DNA of 64,000 bases, from the NCBI RefSeq assembly GCF_009914755.1, contig NC_060928.1. One strand, written 5' to 3'. The stretch is from the human T2T-CHM13v2.0 reference genome, Homo sapiens. Below the pieces are notes generated by a model. It did no database searches. It was not told the origin of the DNA and saw nothing but the letters and a program-made list of their open reading frames with translations. This document shows, one piece after another, positions 1 to 14,668 of this stretch (positions within the stretch are counted from its first letter, which is position 1; each line of letters begins with the position of its first letter). The translations under genes and the position numbers were made by a program.

Positions 1-614
1 CCGTCCTTGAAATAAAAATATTTGGAATGTCCTCTGACACATGATTTTAAAGATTGATTTACACCTTCTACTTTGAAGACCCAGTAGGTTGCAAAAAGGA
101 GGCAAAACTAACAAAGGCAAAGAAAAAACTTGAGAAAAGTAATGCCAATAGACAAATGGTAACTAATGTGCCTGCTCTGATAAAGTGGAAACTCAAGCGA
201 CACAGACACCAAAAAAACAAGCTGATCTCCTTTAGAACCCAGAAAAAGCAAGATGAATTGGAAAGCCTTCAGACTCTGAAAGCAGACGTAGCAGTAAGGA
301 TAGAAATGTGGTAATTGAAAGTTTATATAAGTACCTATTGGTTTTCAGGATTCCCTTTTGGTGACATTAATCACAGGAGTGGATGGTGGGGATGGAGGCC
401 TAGGACACGTGACAACAGAGGTATCATATGGAAAACCAACCATATCTAACCCTTTCCCTCAGTCATTTTTGAAAATGTTTGCAGCCAGGTGTATATTTTC
501 CAGGTAAGAGACAGATGATTTCATTATTAAAATAAGTATAAACTTTGAGTTATATGGATCTACCCAGAATTTTGGGGGTCCCACTAGGTCACATGCATTA
601 GTGATAAAATGACA

Positions 615-790
615 GATAGAGAAAGAGAGAGAATATAAGGAATTAACTCACAAGATTATGAAGTCTAAGAGGTCCCAAGATCTTCAGTCAGCAACATGGA
701 GACACAAGAGAGCCAAAGTTGTGGTTCAATCCAAGTCAAAGTCAGAAGTCAGGAGATCAGTGTCATAGCTGAAGACTGGCAGAAATTAAC
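615..790 (-). mobile_element. MLT2 (ERVL) LTR fragment
   Basis: ataaggaattaactcacaagattatgaagtctaagaggtcccaagatcttcagtcagcaa resembles the reverse complement of the MLT2 3' part. Confidence 0.65.
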
Positions 791-849
791 TATCACATTA
801 CCGTACTATGAATCCTACTTGACAACAAGTTTTCTTTTCCTCCAAACAC

Positions 850-2500
850 AACATTTCCAATCAAGATTCTGTGTGTTTGTTTTAAACATAAACATATAAG
901 AAAAAACCAGTAGTCATTTCAGAAAATCATTTGATGTGAAAGAGACCAAAACAAACAAAGAAAAGTCAGAGAAATTAAGGAGGGAAGAGAGGATAAGAAG
1001 ACTCCAAAGGCTTTACTTAATATCCTAGGGACAAAATTGAAGATGTTGCCACTCTGAAGAAAAAGCATGGAAGACTACTAACAGACAAACATTCAGATAG
1101 CAAAAGAGAAACTTAAGAAATTAGAAATATAATAGTAAATATGAAAAATCTTTACCACAGGAAATATAGATTAAAATATAAAATAGGAAAGAAAGGATAA
1201 GAAGATTAGCAGGAGGTTTAATAGTAAAACAATATGAATTAAAAACAAAAAACAGAAGAAACAAAGAGAAAGAAACTATCAAATAAATAATAAAATATCA
1301 AAGAACCAAAATAACTGAACTTTCAGATGTAGAGGTATAATTTGCTGTCCAGCACAATAGATAAAGAAAGATACACATCAAAGCACTTAATGGAATTTAA
1401 GAAAACTATGTTTAAAAAGAAAGAGAGAAAGAGGGGGAGAGAGAGAGAGAAAGGGAGGGAGGAAAAGCTGCAAGTTTCAGAAATCAGAATGGCCTCAGAC
1501 TTCTCAATGGCAACATTGGAAGTCAATGAAGCATCATCATCAAACTTTAGAGAAAAACTAAATTTCATCCTAGAATTCTAGGCATCATTAAGCTCTTAAG
1601 TTTGAAAATAGGATAAAAATATTTTCAGATAATCAATAGATCAAACACTCATTTCTTAAATCATTTCTCAGAAAGTGACTTGAAGAATTGCTCTGGCAAA
1701 ATGAAGAATTCAGCCAAGAAATAAAAAAATTTCCCCTCCATCTTTCCCCCTCCCCACCATAAGAGGGTTGCTACCAAGAAGAGCCTTGAAGGGAATCCAT
1801 GGGATGGTGATAAATGTAGCTGCCGGGATGATGTTGCTTACTGGACCTGACAACAATCAGATTGGAACAGCTGGAGGAAAGACTCCAAGAGTGATATCCG
1901 AGAAAAGATAAAATTGATTAGTGAACTTGTTTTTTGTTTGTTTGTTTGTTTTTAGTGTGCTAGGAGGAAACATATTTGGTAGGTGAAGTGTGAAAGATGC
2001 ATTAAAATAGTTGAATAATTAGAAAGAGGGTGTGAAATACATTTTTGAACTCCAAAAATAGGAATGAGGAAGAAAGGAAATAAACTTGCTCTCTTGCACA
2101 GAGTAAATGGCAAAGAAGAATTTCTTGTTATTTTTGTTAGATCATTCATCTCTTCACATCTTCATATCATAAGAACTGCATAGTGATAACTACAAAATTA
2201 TAAACAACTGTATGGGAGGATGGGAGAGGTAACTACCTGTATCAGGGTTAGGTGTAGTAGAACTAGGTCATCATTCGTAATAGGATGTAAATAAGAAATA
2301 GCAATATAAACTAATTTGGATATTAATGCTAAAAGAACCAGCTAAGAAAGTGTGATGAAGGTGAGTGCAGAGAGAAGACTTGCTGAAGGCAGGCTGGGAG
2401 GAAGGCAGGTTAAAGATAACTGCTTTTTTTTAAGGAATATAGGTATGTGCCCTTGTGGATATATATGTCCATATAATAAAAATGTAAATTTAAAAATTGT
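850..2500 (+). mobile_element. HAL1 / old L1M ORF1-only fragment (boundaries approximate)
   Basis: A-rich sense strand. ORF 1342-1581 contains EIRMASDFSMATLE, which matches the L1 ORF1p IRLTADFS.ETL motif in its HAL1-like form. Heavily decayed. Confidence 0.7.
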
Positions 2501-3588
2501 TAGTAAATTGCTTAAAATTATAAGCTAAGAAAATCCACATGCCCCACTCCAGGCCTGAGACATCCATGTGCCTGCCTCTAAAGAGATTGTTCTGTTGAAC
2601 CCATCCCCTTCCACTTGCAGAGAGGTTCTGTATATACATCAGCCATGTTTACCTCTGAGACCCCCCTTTTCCTGTCTCTCAGGCCAAGCAGCACTTCTCT
2701 GAAACTATACAATCGAATCTTTCTTTAGATATGTTAATACATAAATCTGTTACAGCAAATCTTCCAGGTGAGGAAGTCATTCTGTTTCCAATGAGTAAAT
2801 ATTCGTGCATCTGTGCTCTAATCCCTCTGTGGTAATTTTTATACTTTAATTTCCTAATTTTATTTGCTTCATTTCAAGTTTCTGGAGTATGTTTTCCTCT
2901 AACTCCTCAAAATTAGAAACAGTAAGAACTCTGATTCGAAAGCTATACCAGTACTTATCATCATTACCACTTTCTTACTCCTTAACAACCTGTTTTCAAC
3001 ATATTAACTCATGCTTATGCAATTTATTTTGCTCTTAATGTTTTCACTTCCCCACCACTATGAATGCAGGAGCTAAGCATCTGTATTTTTAAGACACTTT
3101 TGCAATGTACATGTTCTGTTCACAATAGAAGTTAATTGACAATTAAAAAATATTTTTATAGCTGTTTGCTGAATGCTTAATATATTAAATTGACAGCAAA
3201 TAGTATTAAATCATTTTGGGATTTATTATCTACAAATGTAATCTCCCTTACACCATAAAGAGGGTAAAAAATCAGTAGCCTGTGAGTTTTATTAAAATTT
3301 AATACTTTAAGAACTAAACCGATTTTTACAATAATGTTAATATAAATTTGACCCTAGAGCTCAATTAATTTTTGACCATATTCCAAGGACAATAAATAAA
3401 ATCATATGAAGATATAGTGAGATAAATTCTGCATTTCTTGCTAGCTCAGTCAGTTCTGAAGACACTAACAGGAAAGAGGTTACACAAATCAATGATTTCA
3501 CCCCTTGTGGAATTGAACAGGCCGTATCTCCTCTCAGCACTAATGCTCACTCTGTAGAATTCCTTTGCAAATGCTGACCAAATGTATT

Positions 3589-4103
3589 TGAGACAGGAGG
3601 GACGGGGCTTGGCTTCAGCTCACCCCTACTAGAGCATCCTTTCATGCATTCCCACTGATCACAAAACCCACACCACTACCTCATTGATAAACCATGGTTA
3701 AACCGTAATGTTTAACAATGCCTTTTGCTTACAGAATTCCAGGAACTGGCCTCGGGAGATCTAAATAGCAAATACACGTTGCAGATTTACAACCTTGTTG
3801 CCATCAGCCAGACAACCAGGTGGCCCATTATTCAAGATAATCATCACAACCAGATATGCTGACCAGCATACCCTCCCCGCAACCCAGCTGGAGCACCTTA
3901 TCTGTGATGTCAATTCCTACACTTTGCATAATAAAAACTCCCTGAGTGCTTTGTCAGGAAGTCAGCCAGAGGATCCTTCCACCTTTGCTATCTTCCTTGT
4001 GTTTGAGCACAAGCCCTGAAATAAAACCCTTCTCTGAGAAATATGCCTGGCCCAGGGTTAATTTTCATTATATGTGGAGCTAAACAGCCTATGGTCTGTA
4101 ACA
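3589..4103 (+). mobile_element. ERV1-class solo LTR (MER66-like)
   Basis: TG...CA termini, internal AATAAA, and a perfect 4-bp TSD TATT (3585-3588 / 4104-4107). Subfamily assigned from memory. Confidence 0.8.
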
Positions 4104-6059
4104 TATTAGCAATGGGTCTATCTATGAACAGCCTTTAAGAATAACGCTAACCAACATTTTCCTCCAAATCTAGATATAGATTACATGTTGTCATTGAGAT
4201 TTTAGGATAGATTTAAGGATACACAAAAAATATGTTCACTGTACATAGACCGTGATTTTAATAATATAAATCTACTCCACATGAAAATATGACATATATC
4301 ATATTCTTCTTATCAATACATTAAAATATCAATTTAGTGATTTCATTAATTTTTAAAAATTCACAATGTATTTAGTTTTTTATTGGAAATGTACTTTGGA
4401 TTTAGTGATTATCTCACATTTTCTAGAGTAAGTTGAGAAGGTTGCAGTTTGTTTCTTTAAGTCAATTTGAATTAATTTATCTGCCAACTAGAAATAATAG
4501 TTTTGTTTTGTTTTTAAATATTAGCATAGAAATCCTGGGTTATCTATCAATGAATGATTGGAAGAACCAAAAAGCTAAAAGAAAGCATGGAGATTCTCCA
4601 AAAAGGGAGAAACACTAGATATCATTTAATAAAACCCTTCTAAAATGAGAAGTACTAGAAGTATGGTCTTTGAATTTCTGCCTAAATAATTTCAGGAAAA
4701 TGATAGCCTTGAATTTGCATGTATTTAATCTGATTAAATCAAAGTTCTTCCTTATGTGACACTGTAGTTTTTACTCCATGATATCAGTTCTACCTTCTAC
4801 TTCTAAATGAAAATTCCCCCAATATTTGAAGCCTTACTATGAACCTTGCTGGTCTTCTACTTCACAGTATAAATATTCTCAATTTCTCATTTATTCCCTT
4901 ATAAAACAAAGTGTCTTAATCCTTTGCTAAATGAAGGTCTGATTTTGTATGGTCTCAGGGTCAAATATCTCTCTTAAAATTCATTTTCCTGGATGGAAGA
5001 GAATATTCTAAAAGCAGGACTCATCCAAACAAATGATTTTCAAGATTTAAACTCCCCCTTCCCCCCTAAAAATTGGGGACACTTATTATAATGCTTTTGC
5101 TCATATATTGGTATATTTGGACTAGAATCTCAAAACCTAAATACTTAAGAAACATTCCAAAGAATTCTGACCTCAATTGTTTGCAGAACACATTTTAAGA
5201 AGCACTAAGCTAAGTTTTTGGAAATAAAAAAATTATATCAACATGTTCTTCATACTATTGGCTCACATTAAGCCTTAAGGTAAACTCAAACTGAGCTTCT
5301 GTTTATCCAAGTATCCTAGTCCTGTACTTCTGGAATTTATCTTTATATCATAAATTTAGAATTTGCAGGTTTATCTGTTAAGATTCTTGTTAATTTAGGA
5401 TTGCAAGTTAAGATTGTTGGGTGAAACTCTTGAACCTTGATTCGATCACCTAAAATATTAGTCTCCCTTGCCAGTACTGCATCACTTACAAATTTGATAA
5501 ATGTTCCTTCATCCAAATCACAGTTGAAAATTTATAAGGCTAAACAGAGAATCTTATAACATGTCACAAGACACCTCCTTCCAAGGTGGCAATCATTTAT
5601 TAAACAACACTTTTGGGGGTAGCTATGCATTTATTAAGCTGTTCTATCACTTAACACACATTTCTCTATCTTATCTACAACCATGTCATACCCAAGGAAA
5701 TTTACCAAGTGCTTTACTGGAATTCTGATAAAGGTTTTCTGTAATATTTCTCTGCTCTCACAGATGTGGCAGAGGTGGCTCTGGTGAGGAAAGCACTGGA
5801 TATTTATTAGGTCTTTAAACCTTCAAAATGTATCATCTAATAGATGACCACCTTCTAGGATAGCCTTTTTATGCCACACAAACAAAGACACAAAGGTTTA
5901 TGGAAGTTATATAGGTACATGATGTCACAAACTAGAAGGCTAGAGGTCCAAGTGCTTTTTTGTATCTCACTACACACTAGCCCTATGACATCAAGCAAGT
6001 TATTTAATGTCTCTGCAATTCACATACTGTAAGGTGTGTACTTAATAATGAGTTACATT

Positions 6060-6580
6060 CTGAATTCTTCCACCTAATTCACAATAAATGTAACAGCGAA
6101 CCAGAGCAAAAGTGCTCAAAAATAATAGAAATTTAGCTGTCACTTAAAAGTTTCAGCTAGGCAGTCCAAAGCTAGTAGGAATGCTCTGTTCTACACAGTT
6201 CTCAACATTCTAGGTTTGTCTTACCTTGTTTCCTCATCATTCATAGCCTCCAATCTTGAAACCAACTCATTGTTCATTATGACTGTTCCAATTCCAATTA
6301 TTACATCCACACTTCATGCATCAGAAAAGAGGAAAGATAAAGAAGAATGTACAATACAAATTTATTTTAGGAAAGGATTCTGGCAGCTGCTACATGACAT
6401 TTTTGCTTATGTCTCACTGTCCAAAAGTTAGTCATATGGTCATATCTTACTGTAAAGAAAATAAGGAAGTGCAATCATTTATTCTCTATCCTCATGTTTC
6501 CAATTAAAAACTAGGTGTTCTATTACTATAAAATAAACAGAATAGATTTAGGGAGACAACGGTGAGATTCTGCTATAAAC
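6060..6580 (-). mobile_element. old MLT1 (MaLR) LTR, approximate
   Basis: Contains ggcagtccaaagct and tcattgtccaaaagttagtcatatggtcatatcttactgtaaag-like motifs typical of the MLT1J/K reverse strand. Confidence 0.5.
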
Positions 6581-6714
6581 ACACTGTAAATATACAAAGG
6601 AAAAAGCTTATTTTCATAAACTTGTTTTAAGGGAATTTCTACTGATTCCTAGAATGTGAACTTTTTGTATTGCTTAAAATATGTTCTGGAAAGGTCCTAA
6701 GATTTAACACACTC

Positions 6715-7340
6715 ATTTATTAATTTATTCATTCAATCAACAGCCGTTAATAAAGTATCCCAGACATCACACTAGAACATTGATATTTCAACAATCAATA
6801 CAAGACATGGTCTCTGTCTTTGAGGAACTCAGAATATTGTAAAAGAGATAGACTTGAAAAATACAGAAGAATCTGGGAGAGGAATAAAATTAAATTAAGC
6901 TTTGAATATTTGAGAAAGTCTTCAAAAAGGTCTTGTTTAAACTAAATTTTTAAGAAAAAGGGGAATTTTTTATCAGTTATAATAGGGAGCAGAAATAGTG
7001 CTCTGGGTCAAGACAGTAATATATAATAAGGCATAAAGAGGTAAAAATAAAACATGTTATTACAGTAACAGTGCACAATTTTATGTAACTACAATGAATA
7101 CTTGACAGAAATAGGGTGGAGGGAAATGTGGCTGCAGTTTGACAAGAGCCATGATTACCATTCCAAATCGATCCTACAGGTATCAAAGGCATTAAAGGCT
7201 TTAAATAGGGAGTTGTATGATGATCTGTGGAATTTCTTTTTTGGCAATGGTTGGCAGAATAAATGGAACATTGGAGCCAGTGAGAAACTAGAGGCTGGGG
7301 GGTTATTGCACCAGTGAATAATTCAAATGAGAGATGATGA
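6715..7340 (-). mobile_element. L2 LINE fragment
   Basis: Starts attcattcaatcaaca (reverse complement of the L2 3' tail) and continues with L2-like sequence. Confidence 0.6.
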
Positions 7341-7405
7341 GACCTTAAGTGAGGCAAAGAGAGAGGATGGCTCCTCAAAAAGTGATTGATTCTTGTATTA
7401 GCTTC

Positions 7406-7769
7406 CACATTAGTCCACTCTCATGCTGCTATAAAGAAATACCTAAGACTGGGTCATTTATAAAGAAAAGGGGTTTAATTGACTCACAGTTACACATGGC
7501 TGGGGAAGCCTCAGGAAACTCACAATCATGGAGGAAGGCACGTCTTTGCAGGGCAACAGGAGAGAGAATGAGTGCAGAATGAAGGGGAGAAGCCTTATAA
7601 AACCAGTAGATCTATGAAAACTCACTCACTATCATGAGAATAGCATGGAGGAACCACCCCCCATGATCTAATCACCACCATGCAGTCCCTTCCCCAACAC
7701 ATGGGGATTACAATTCAAATTACAATTCAAGATGAGATTTGGGTATGAACACAGAGCCAGACCATATTA
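7406..7769 (-). mobile_element. THE1 (C/D) solo LTR, ERVL-MaLR
   Basis: attagtccactctcatgctgctataaagaaatacc...gatgagatttggg...accatatta, with a 5-bp TSD GCTTC (7401-7405 / 7770-7774). Confidence 0.9.
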
Positions 7770-9103
7770 GCTTCTCATTTATCACTGGCTTTAAAGTGCT
7801 TTCTACTGTTTATTTTGTTACTTCTAGTTTTAAAATTATTCCTTTTGATGGGGAGCATGGAGCCTAACTAAATGTTACATAAGTTTCCAATTTTCCTATA
7901 TTTTTTACACCTTTTGCTCTAAAAAGTAGCATTGCCCATTTTGTCTTTTTGTTTTTTTGCTTAAAACAATTAGAAATTATTAAAGATAATTGTATACTAC
8001 ACTGTATGTCAATAGCTACCCATATATTATTTCATTTTATCTTAACATTATCTATAAATACCTACATACATGGTAGGTACTATTATCAAACAAGATTAAA
8101 TAATTTTTCCAAGGGTAGCCAATTGCAAATTAGTGGAGCTTAAATACAAAACCAAGTTTATCCATCAACGAATAATGGTATTTTAAACCACTACTCTATA
8201 GTTGTAATGTTTCTGTGTTGATATTTTGATAATTTACTAAGGAATAACAAACAGGTGTCAGCTCATTCCATTTGTGAGCTTTTTGGATAAGCTCATCTTT
8301 TGTTTGTGCCTTCATCATAGTTGGGCAGGGGGCTGAGGGAAAGCATGTTCTTCTGCTGTTCCAAATGTCCCTTCTTTCATTCCTTTTGTACATCAAGAAG
8401 ATTTAACAAGAGAGAATTCAATTATTTCTCTTGAAGAGTGAAAGTCAACATCAAACTTAGAGGAAAACAACTTATTTGTAAACAGGCATACAGCCTACCT
8501 GACCCAGAGCATTTTTAATGAAGATCAACTTTTGCATTTTGTTGAGATGTGTGGAATTTCACTCTCTTATATTCCTCTGCTTTCTCAAGGTTTTTCATAC
8601 CAGCTTTCAACTTTGCCCTCAAACACATAGCTTAGTATCAACCAATAGTTTTACAGATAGTTTCACTCAACTTTATTAAGAGCAGTTTGTTAGTAGCAAA
8701 GAAAATTGGGTTTTCAGCAACAGGTTATTTGAAAATGAAATCCAATAATTCTATCAAAATTATAATTGTAAGACTGATATGTTTATAGCACATAAACAAA
8801 CTAAAAATAAATTATTTACCTCATAATATAATTGTCTTTAGAAAATACTGCTTCTCTAAGTGTTATTAATTAGAGAAGTAATATTTCCTAAACATAATTT
8901 AGGGGGCCATGTTACTCCTTGCATCCTGGCAACAGGCTAGAGCTCAAAAGGCCCAGGTACCTCTCAGGCCACCAATCCAAAGAGTGCAAGCCTTAATCCT
9001 TGATGGCTTCCATGTGGTGTTCAGTCTGCAGGTACACAGATTTCATGACTGTCTCAGACACTTTACTTCATCTTCTGACATTTATTTCTTTCCATTAAGG
9101 AGC

Positions 9104-11612
9104 ACCTTTGATCTCCAAGGTGGAACCAAGGTGGCCACTAGGTGCGGCCTAGTGGGAGGTGTTTGAGTCATGCAGGTAGATCCCTCATGAATGTCTTGGT
9201 GCTGTCCTCGTGATAATGAGTGACTCCTTGCTCTATTAGTTGTCATTATATCTGATTGTTAAAAAGAGCCTGGCACATTCTCTCTTTCTCTTGCTCCCTC
9301 TCTCACTATGTGATGTCCCCTCCCCCTCCTTTTTTGCCATAAATGGAGGATCCTGAAGCCCTTACCAGAAGCAAATGCTGGCACCATGCTTTTTGTACAG
9401 CCTGTAAACCACAAGCCAAATAAACCTCTAAAATACACAGTCTCACGTATTCCTTTATAGCAATACAAAAGAGACAGAATATTGGTAAATGGAGTGGGAT
9501 GTTTCTATAAAGACACCTGAATATGTGGAAGCAGCTTTGCAACTGGGTAATGGGCAGAGGTTGGAACAGTTTGTGGGGTTCAGAAGAAGAAGGAAAGATG
9601 AAACGTAGTTTGGAACTTTTTAAAGACTATTTGAGTGATTGTGACCGATATGTTGATAAAAATATAGACAGTGAGAGTCATGCTGAGGAGGTCCCAGATA
9701 TAGAAGAGAAACTTATTGGGAACTGGATCAAAAGAAACACTTGCTATCCCTTAACAAAGAACTTGGATGCATTTTGTCCATGCTCTAAAACATGCTTGTC
9801 CAACTTGCAGCCCACGGGCCACATGTGGCCCAGATAGCTTTGAATGCAGCCCAACACAAATTCATAAACTTCCTTAAAACATTATGAGACTTTTTTAACA
9901 ATTTTTAAGTTAATAAGCTATTATTAGTGTTAGTGTATTTTATGTGTGACCCAAGACAATTCTTTTCTTTCAGTGTGGCCCAGGAAAGCCAAGAGATTGG
10001 ACACTCCTGCTCTAAGACTTTGCAGAAGACTGGACTTAAGAATAATTACATAAAGTATCTGGCAGAAGAAGTTTCTAAGCAGAAAAGTGTTCAAAGAAGT
10101 GGCATGGCTGCTTCTTTATCAGATGTGAGAGCAAAGGAATGACCTAAATTTGGAACTTAGAAGGGAATCAAAGTGTAAAATATTGAAGAATTTGCAACCT
10201 GGTCATATGGTAAAGAAAGAAAGAATATTTTCAGGGGATGAATCAAAAGTATATCCAAGCCTCTCTCTTCAAAAGCCCAATGGCCTAGGAAAACAAAATG
10301 GTTTTGGGGGCCATGTTAATCCTCACATCCTTGCTACTGTGGCTTCTGCCAGAGCTCAAAAGGCCCCAGGTACTCCTCGGGCCACACACAAATCCAAAGA
10401 GTGCAAACCATAATCCTTGATCACTTCCATGTGGTGTTCAGTGTACAGGTGCACAGATTTCAAGGGTGATGGAGGCCTGGCAAGCTCCACCTAGATTTCA
10501 GAGGATGTAATGGAAAGCCTGTATGCCTAGACAGAAGACTGCCTCCAGAGCAGAGCCCCCACAGAGACTCTAGTATAGCAGTACAGAAGGGAAACGTGGG
10601 GTTGGAGCCCCTAAACAGAGTCTCCACTGGGGCACTGCCTACTCTCCTGGAGCTGTAGAAATGAGGCTACCACCCTCCAGACCCCAGAAGAGTAGAGTCA
10701 CAAGTAGTGCGCAATCTCAGCCTAGAAAACCACAGGCATTGAACTCCAAGCCATGAGAGCAGCTGCATGAACTGCAGCCAGCAAAGCCATGGGAGTAGGG
10801 CTGGCCGAGGTTTCAGGGGCCACTCTTAGCACCAGTGTGCCCAGAATGCAGGATATGGATTCATTCAAATGAGATTATGTTGGTGCTTTAAGATTTAATG
10901 TCTGCCCTGCTGCCTTTCAGACATGCATGGGGCCCGTTACCCTTTCTTTCGACCAGTTTTACCATTTTGGAATGGGAATGTTTACCATATGCCTGTACCA
11001 CCACTGTATCTTGAAAATAACTTGTTTTTGATTTTACAGGCTTACAACTAAAAGGAGCTTGTGTTGAGTCTCTGATGAGACTTTGGACTTTGGACTTTTG
11101 AACTGATGCTAGAATAAGTTACGACTATTGGGGACTACTGGAAAAAGGTGATCATATTTTGCTATGTGAGAAGAACATGATATTTAGGGATCCAAGGGAA
11201 AGTGATATAGTTTGAATGCTTTTCCCCTCCAAATCTCATGTTGAAGTTTGATCCCCAGTGTTAGAAATGGGACTTAGTGGGAGGTGTTTGGGTCATGGGG
11301 GTGGATGTCTTGGTATCATCCTCTCAGTAATGAATGAGTTCTCATTCTATTAATTCTTGCTGTGTCTGATTCTTTAAAATGGCCTGGCACCTCCTCCCCT
11401 CTCTCTCTCTCATTCCCTCTGTCACCATGTGATGCCTGCTCCACTTCCCCTCTTGCCATGAGTGGAGGCTTCCTGAGGTCCTCACCAGAAACAGATACTG
11501 ATACCATGCTTCTTGTACACATTGCAAAACCATGTGCCAAATAAATCTCTTTTCTTTGTAAGTTACTCAGACTCAGGTATTTCCTTATAGCAACACAAAG
11601 TGGACTAAGACA
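9104..11612 (+). mobile_element. near full-length MSTB-type MaLR provirus (5' LTR ~9104-9476, internal region, 3' LTR 11203-11612)
   Basis: Two related LTRs (gggaggtgtttg.gtcatg, ggcac, ccagaa.ca.at.ctg..accatgctt.ttgtaca). The internal region begins gaatattggta...tgtggaagcagctttgcaactgggtaatgggcagagg. ORF 9523-9837 is a MaLR-int remnant. Confidence 0.88.
9791..10009. mobile_element. MER30 hAT-Charlie MITE inserted in the MST internal region
   Basis: Terminal inverted repeats catgcttgtccaa / ttggacactcctg and an 8-bp TSD ctctaaaa / ctctaaga. Confidence 0.88.
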
Positions 11613-13724
11613 GAAAATTAAAATCTAAAGAAGTGAACTGATGGCCAAATACACAACCAATGTCACACAGCATAGTTTTAAATCCCCTATCACCTTATTT
11701 AAGTTTCTTCTTTATCTACTATCTCATATTATTTCAACCAGAGGAAAACCTATTTTCAAATTCTATGCAAAATAAATTGCAGAAAGTATTTTACACCAAC
11801 ATGAAATAATTAAAACAAAATGATGTGATGAAAGAATATTACTATAGAATTCAAACATACTATTGTGTTGATAAAAAGAAAATTGGGCTTTTGAAATCTG
11901 CTTAACTGTCCTAGACCATAAGAATACAGCTTTCAGAAAGTGAAATGAGAATAAGAGAAAAAAACTGATGTAAAAGAAATTGAGTTCAAGGAAATCTACT
12001 TAACTATACCTCATCTATAATATAAAAATATGCACTTTAAACAGTATAATGAGGACATTAGAAATAGCCTTTTCAAGTTATATTTATGGAAGCCAAAGCA
12101 GATGTAAGTAGAAAAAATACTAAGAGCTACTTTGTTTAACAAATAGCTCTGATACTAATAATGATAGCTATCATATATTACCCAAAGATTATATATTAAA
12201 CACAGTTTAAAATGTATGTGTATTCCTAGAGGTAAATATTTTTTCAATGTCTTAGTAAATTCAAATATTGAAAAATGTGACAAAGAATTGTAAAAGTGGC
12301 AAATCCAGAGGCAAACACCCAATACTAATGCGTATAATCCTTCTGTCACGTTCCTTCTGTCAAATCCAGAACAAATACCCCCTCCCCAATTTCTACCCTT
12401 GAGTGAGTACAGAAGCAATATTTCAATATTGCTTTTGCTTTTCATTCCTGATAATTTCTTTACTGGCCAGAGGCCTTCCTTCTGCCACTTATTCTGTGAT
12501 AGCCACTCTCCCAAGGCAGGGGCAATACAGCAAACCAGAAAACAATGACACTATAATTTTACATTTATATTCAAAAGCCTTTATTTATGTAAGAGACTGA
12601 AAAATGAGAGACGTACTGGTTTTACTAGACTCATCTACCCAGTTGTATTCTCAGACTAAGTAAGATTATTTGAGAAGAAGGCAGAGAAAAGAGTTGTAAA
12701 GGCAGTCACAAGAAATTTGAACATACTTGAAAGCCATACCCCCTATCTTCCACCCCAAACCAAGGCCTAATCTGTAGCTCCTTTAAGTTTATGGATCCAT
12801 TGGAGAAAATAGATAATGTATGGCTAACTTCCTGGGTTAAGGCCCAGGAAATACCAAGCCATGTAGGAAAGTCTTCTGCGCAGTGTATCCTGCACTCTGG
12901 AGAACTCCAGGAAATAGTTACAGTAGAATTGTGCAGTGGAACTCTGGAAGGTAGCTACCCAGACTCAGGTTAACCCTAACTCTGACATCTGTCCTTTGGG
13001 AGAAGAAAAGTCTATGTGAGGTATGAAGAGAGAAAGAAAGCTTGATGGAAGCTGCAAGCCACGAAGGCTCCAACTGACTGGCATGGACCAGATGAAACTT
13101 CTTCATTCCTTCTGGTGATTCCAGATTTGACTTAGTTGAAACCTGAAATGATTTACAAGACTCAGAAGTGACTCATAACTAGTGACATTTACTAGATTAC
13201 ATTTTCTCTCATCATACAGAATGTGATCTTAATATAGAAACTGCATTCAGATTTATAAAAATAAAGAAAATTTGCTTTCCTGGGACAACTTTGCTACTTG
13301 GAAAATGCATATCAAAAGTAATAAAATTAAAGGACTAATATTTCAAATAAAATAATCTAAGAGTTCCTGATTACAGGGCTGTTTAAGTTTGCCATTCTTT
13401 TCTATTTTTAAAGGACTCAGCTATCTGCACACTACAGTTTATTTATATTGAATGAGACTGTAATAATTAAATCATCTGGAAATTAACACTATAAGAAAGC
13501 CAAGGCTATTTGTCCTACATGTGAAATAATAAGCCAGTCTTGTTCCCAGTCTTTGCCATTATAATGTTATTACACAATTATTAAACTGAAATTCTTATTC
13601 CACTGCTGAAACAAATGGCCAATATCCATTTCCATCCTCTGATTGTTGGAGCATAGATGTCATTATATCATAAATGAGCCCCACATAAGGTAATGATTCT
13701 ATTGTATTGATATATCTAAAGTAA

Positions 13725-14060
<336 letters not shown>

Positions 14061-14668
14061 TGAGGTTTCTAATTTTCTTAAGGGATGGCACAAATCATTA
14101 ACAAAGTACTCCACGTAGGTGAAAAAATGTGCTTTAACATTCTTTAATACTTTAATATAATGTCCCACTTAATATTATATTATATTTGAAACAGAATAGT
14201 AGGAGAATACATTGTCCCACAGAGTTACTCCCTGCCACTTTCTCTGGAACTTACCTCATTGAGAGAGCTTCATTTCATTTTAAGTTGAGCAAGCTCATGT
14301 TCTAATAAACCAGCTAAAATATTAGGCCTGTAAGGCTGACTTACTGATGGTTTTTGTGTTTTTTCCCCTCTCTGAAATAGATTTCTTATCATCAGTGCCA
14401 AGTGATTTACAGAAAACATATATAGCTTAAGTCCTATGCTTAGAAAGGGGTGCATAGAAATTCATTTATAATAGGATGACAGAAACATGCTTTAATTAAA
14501 GCAGATGGCATAAAATATACTATATACAAAATTATACTTATATGTGAAAATATACATTTACGATTTCATTTTAAAATGTCTGGTGTATTAATACTTTACT
14601 AGCATTTTTTTTTGTTTTAAATACCAACAACATTTCAGTAACTACTTTAACACAGTAGTTGTAGTAGA

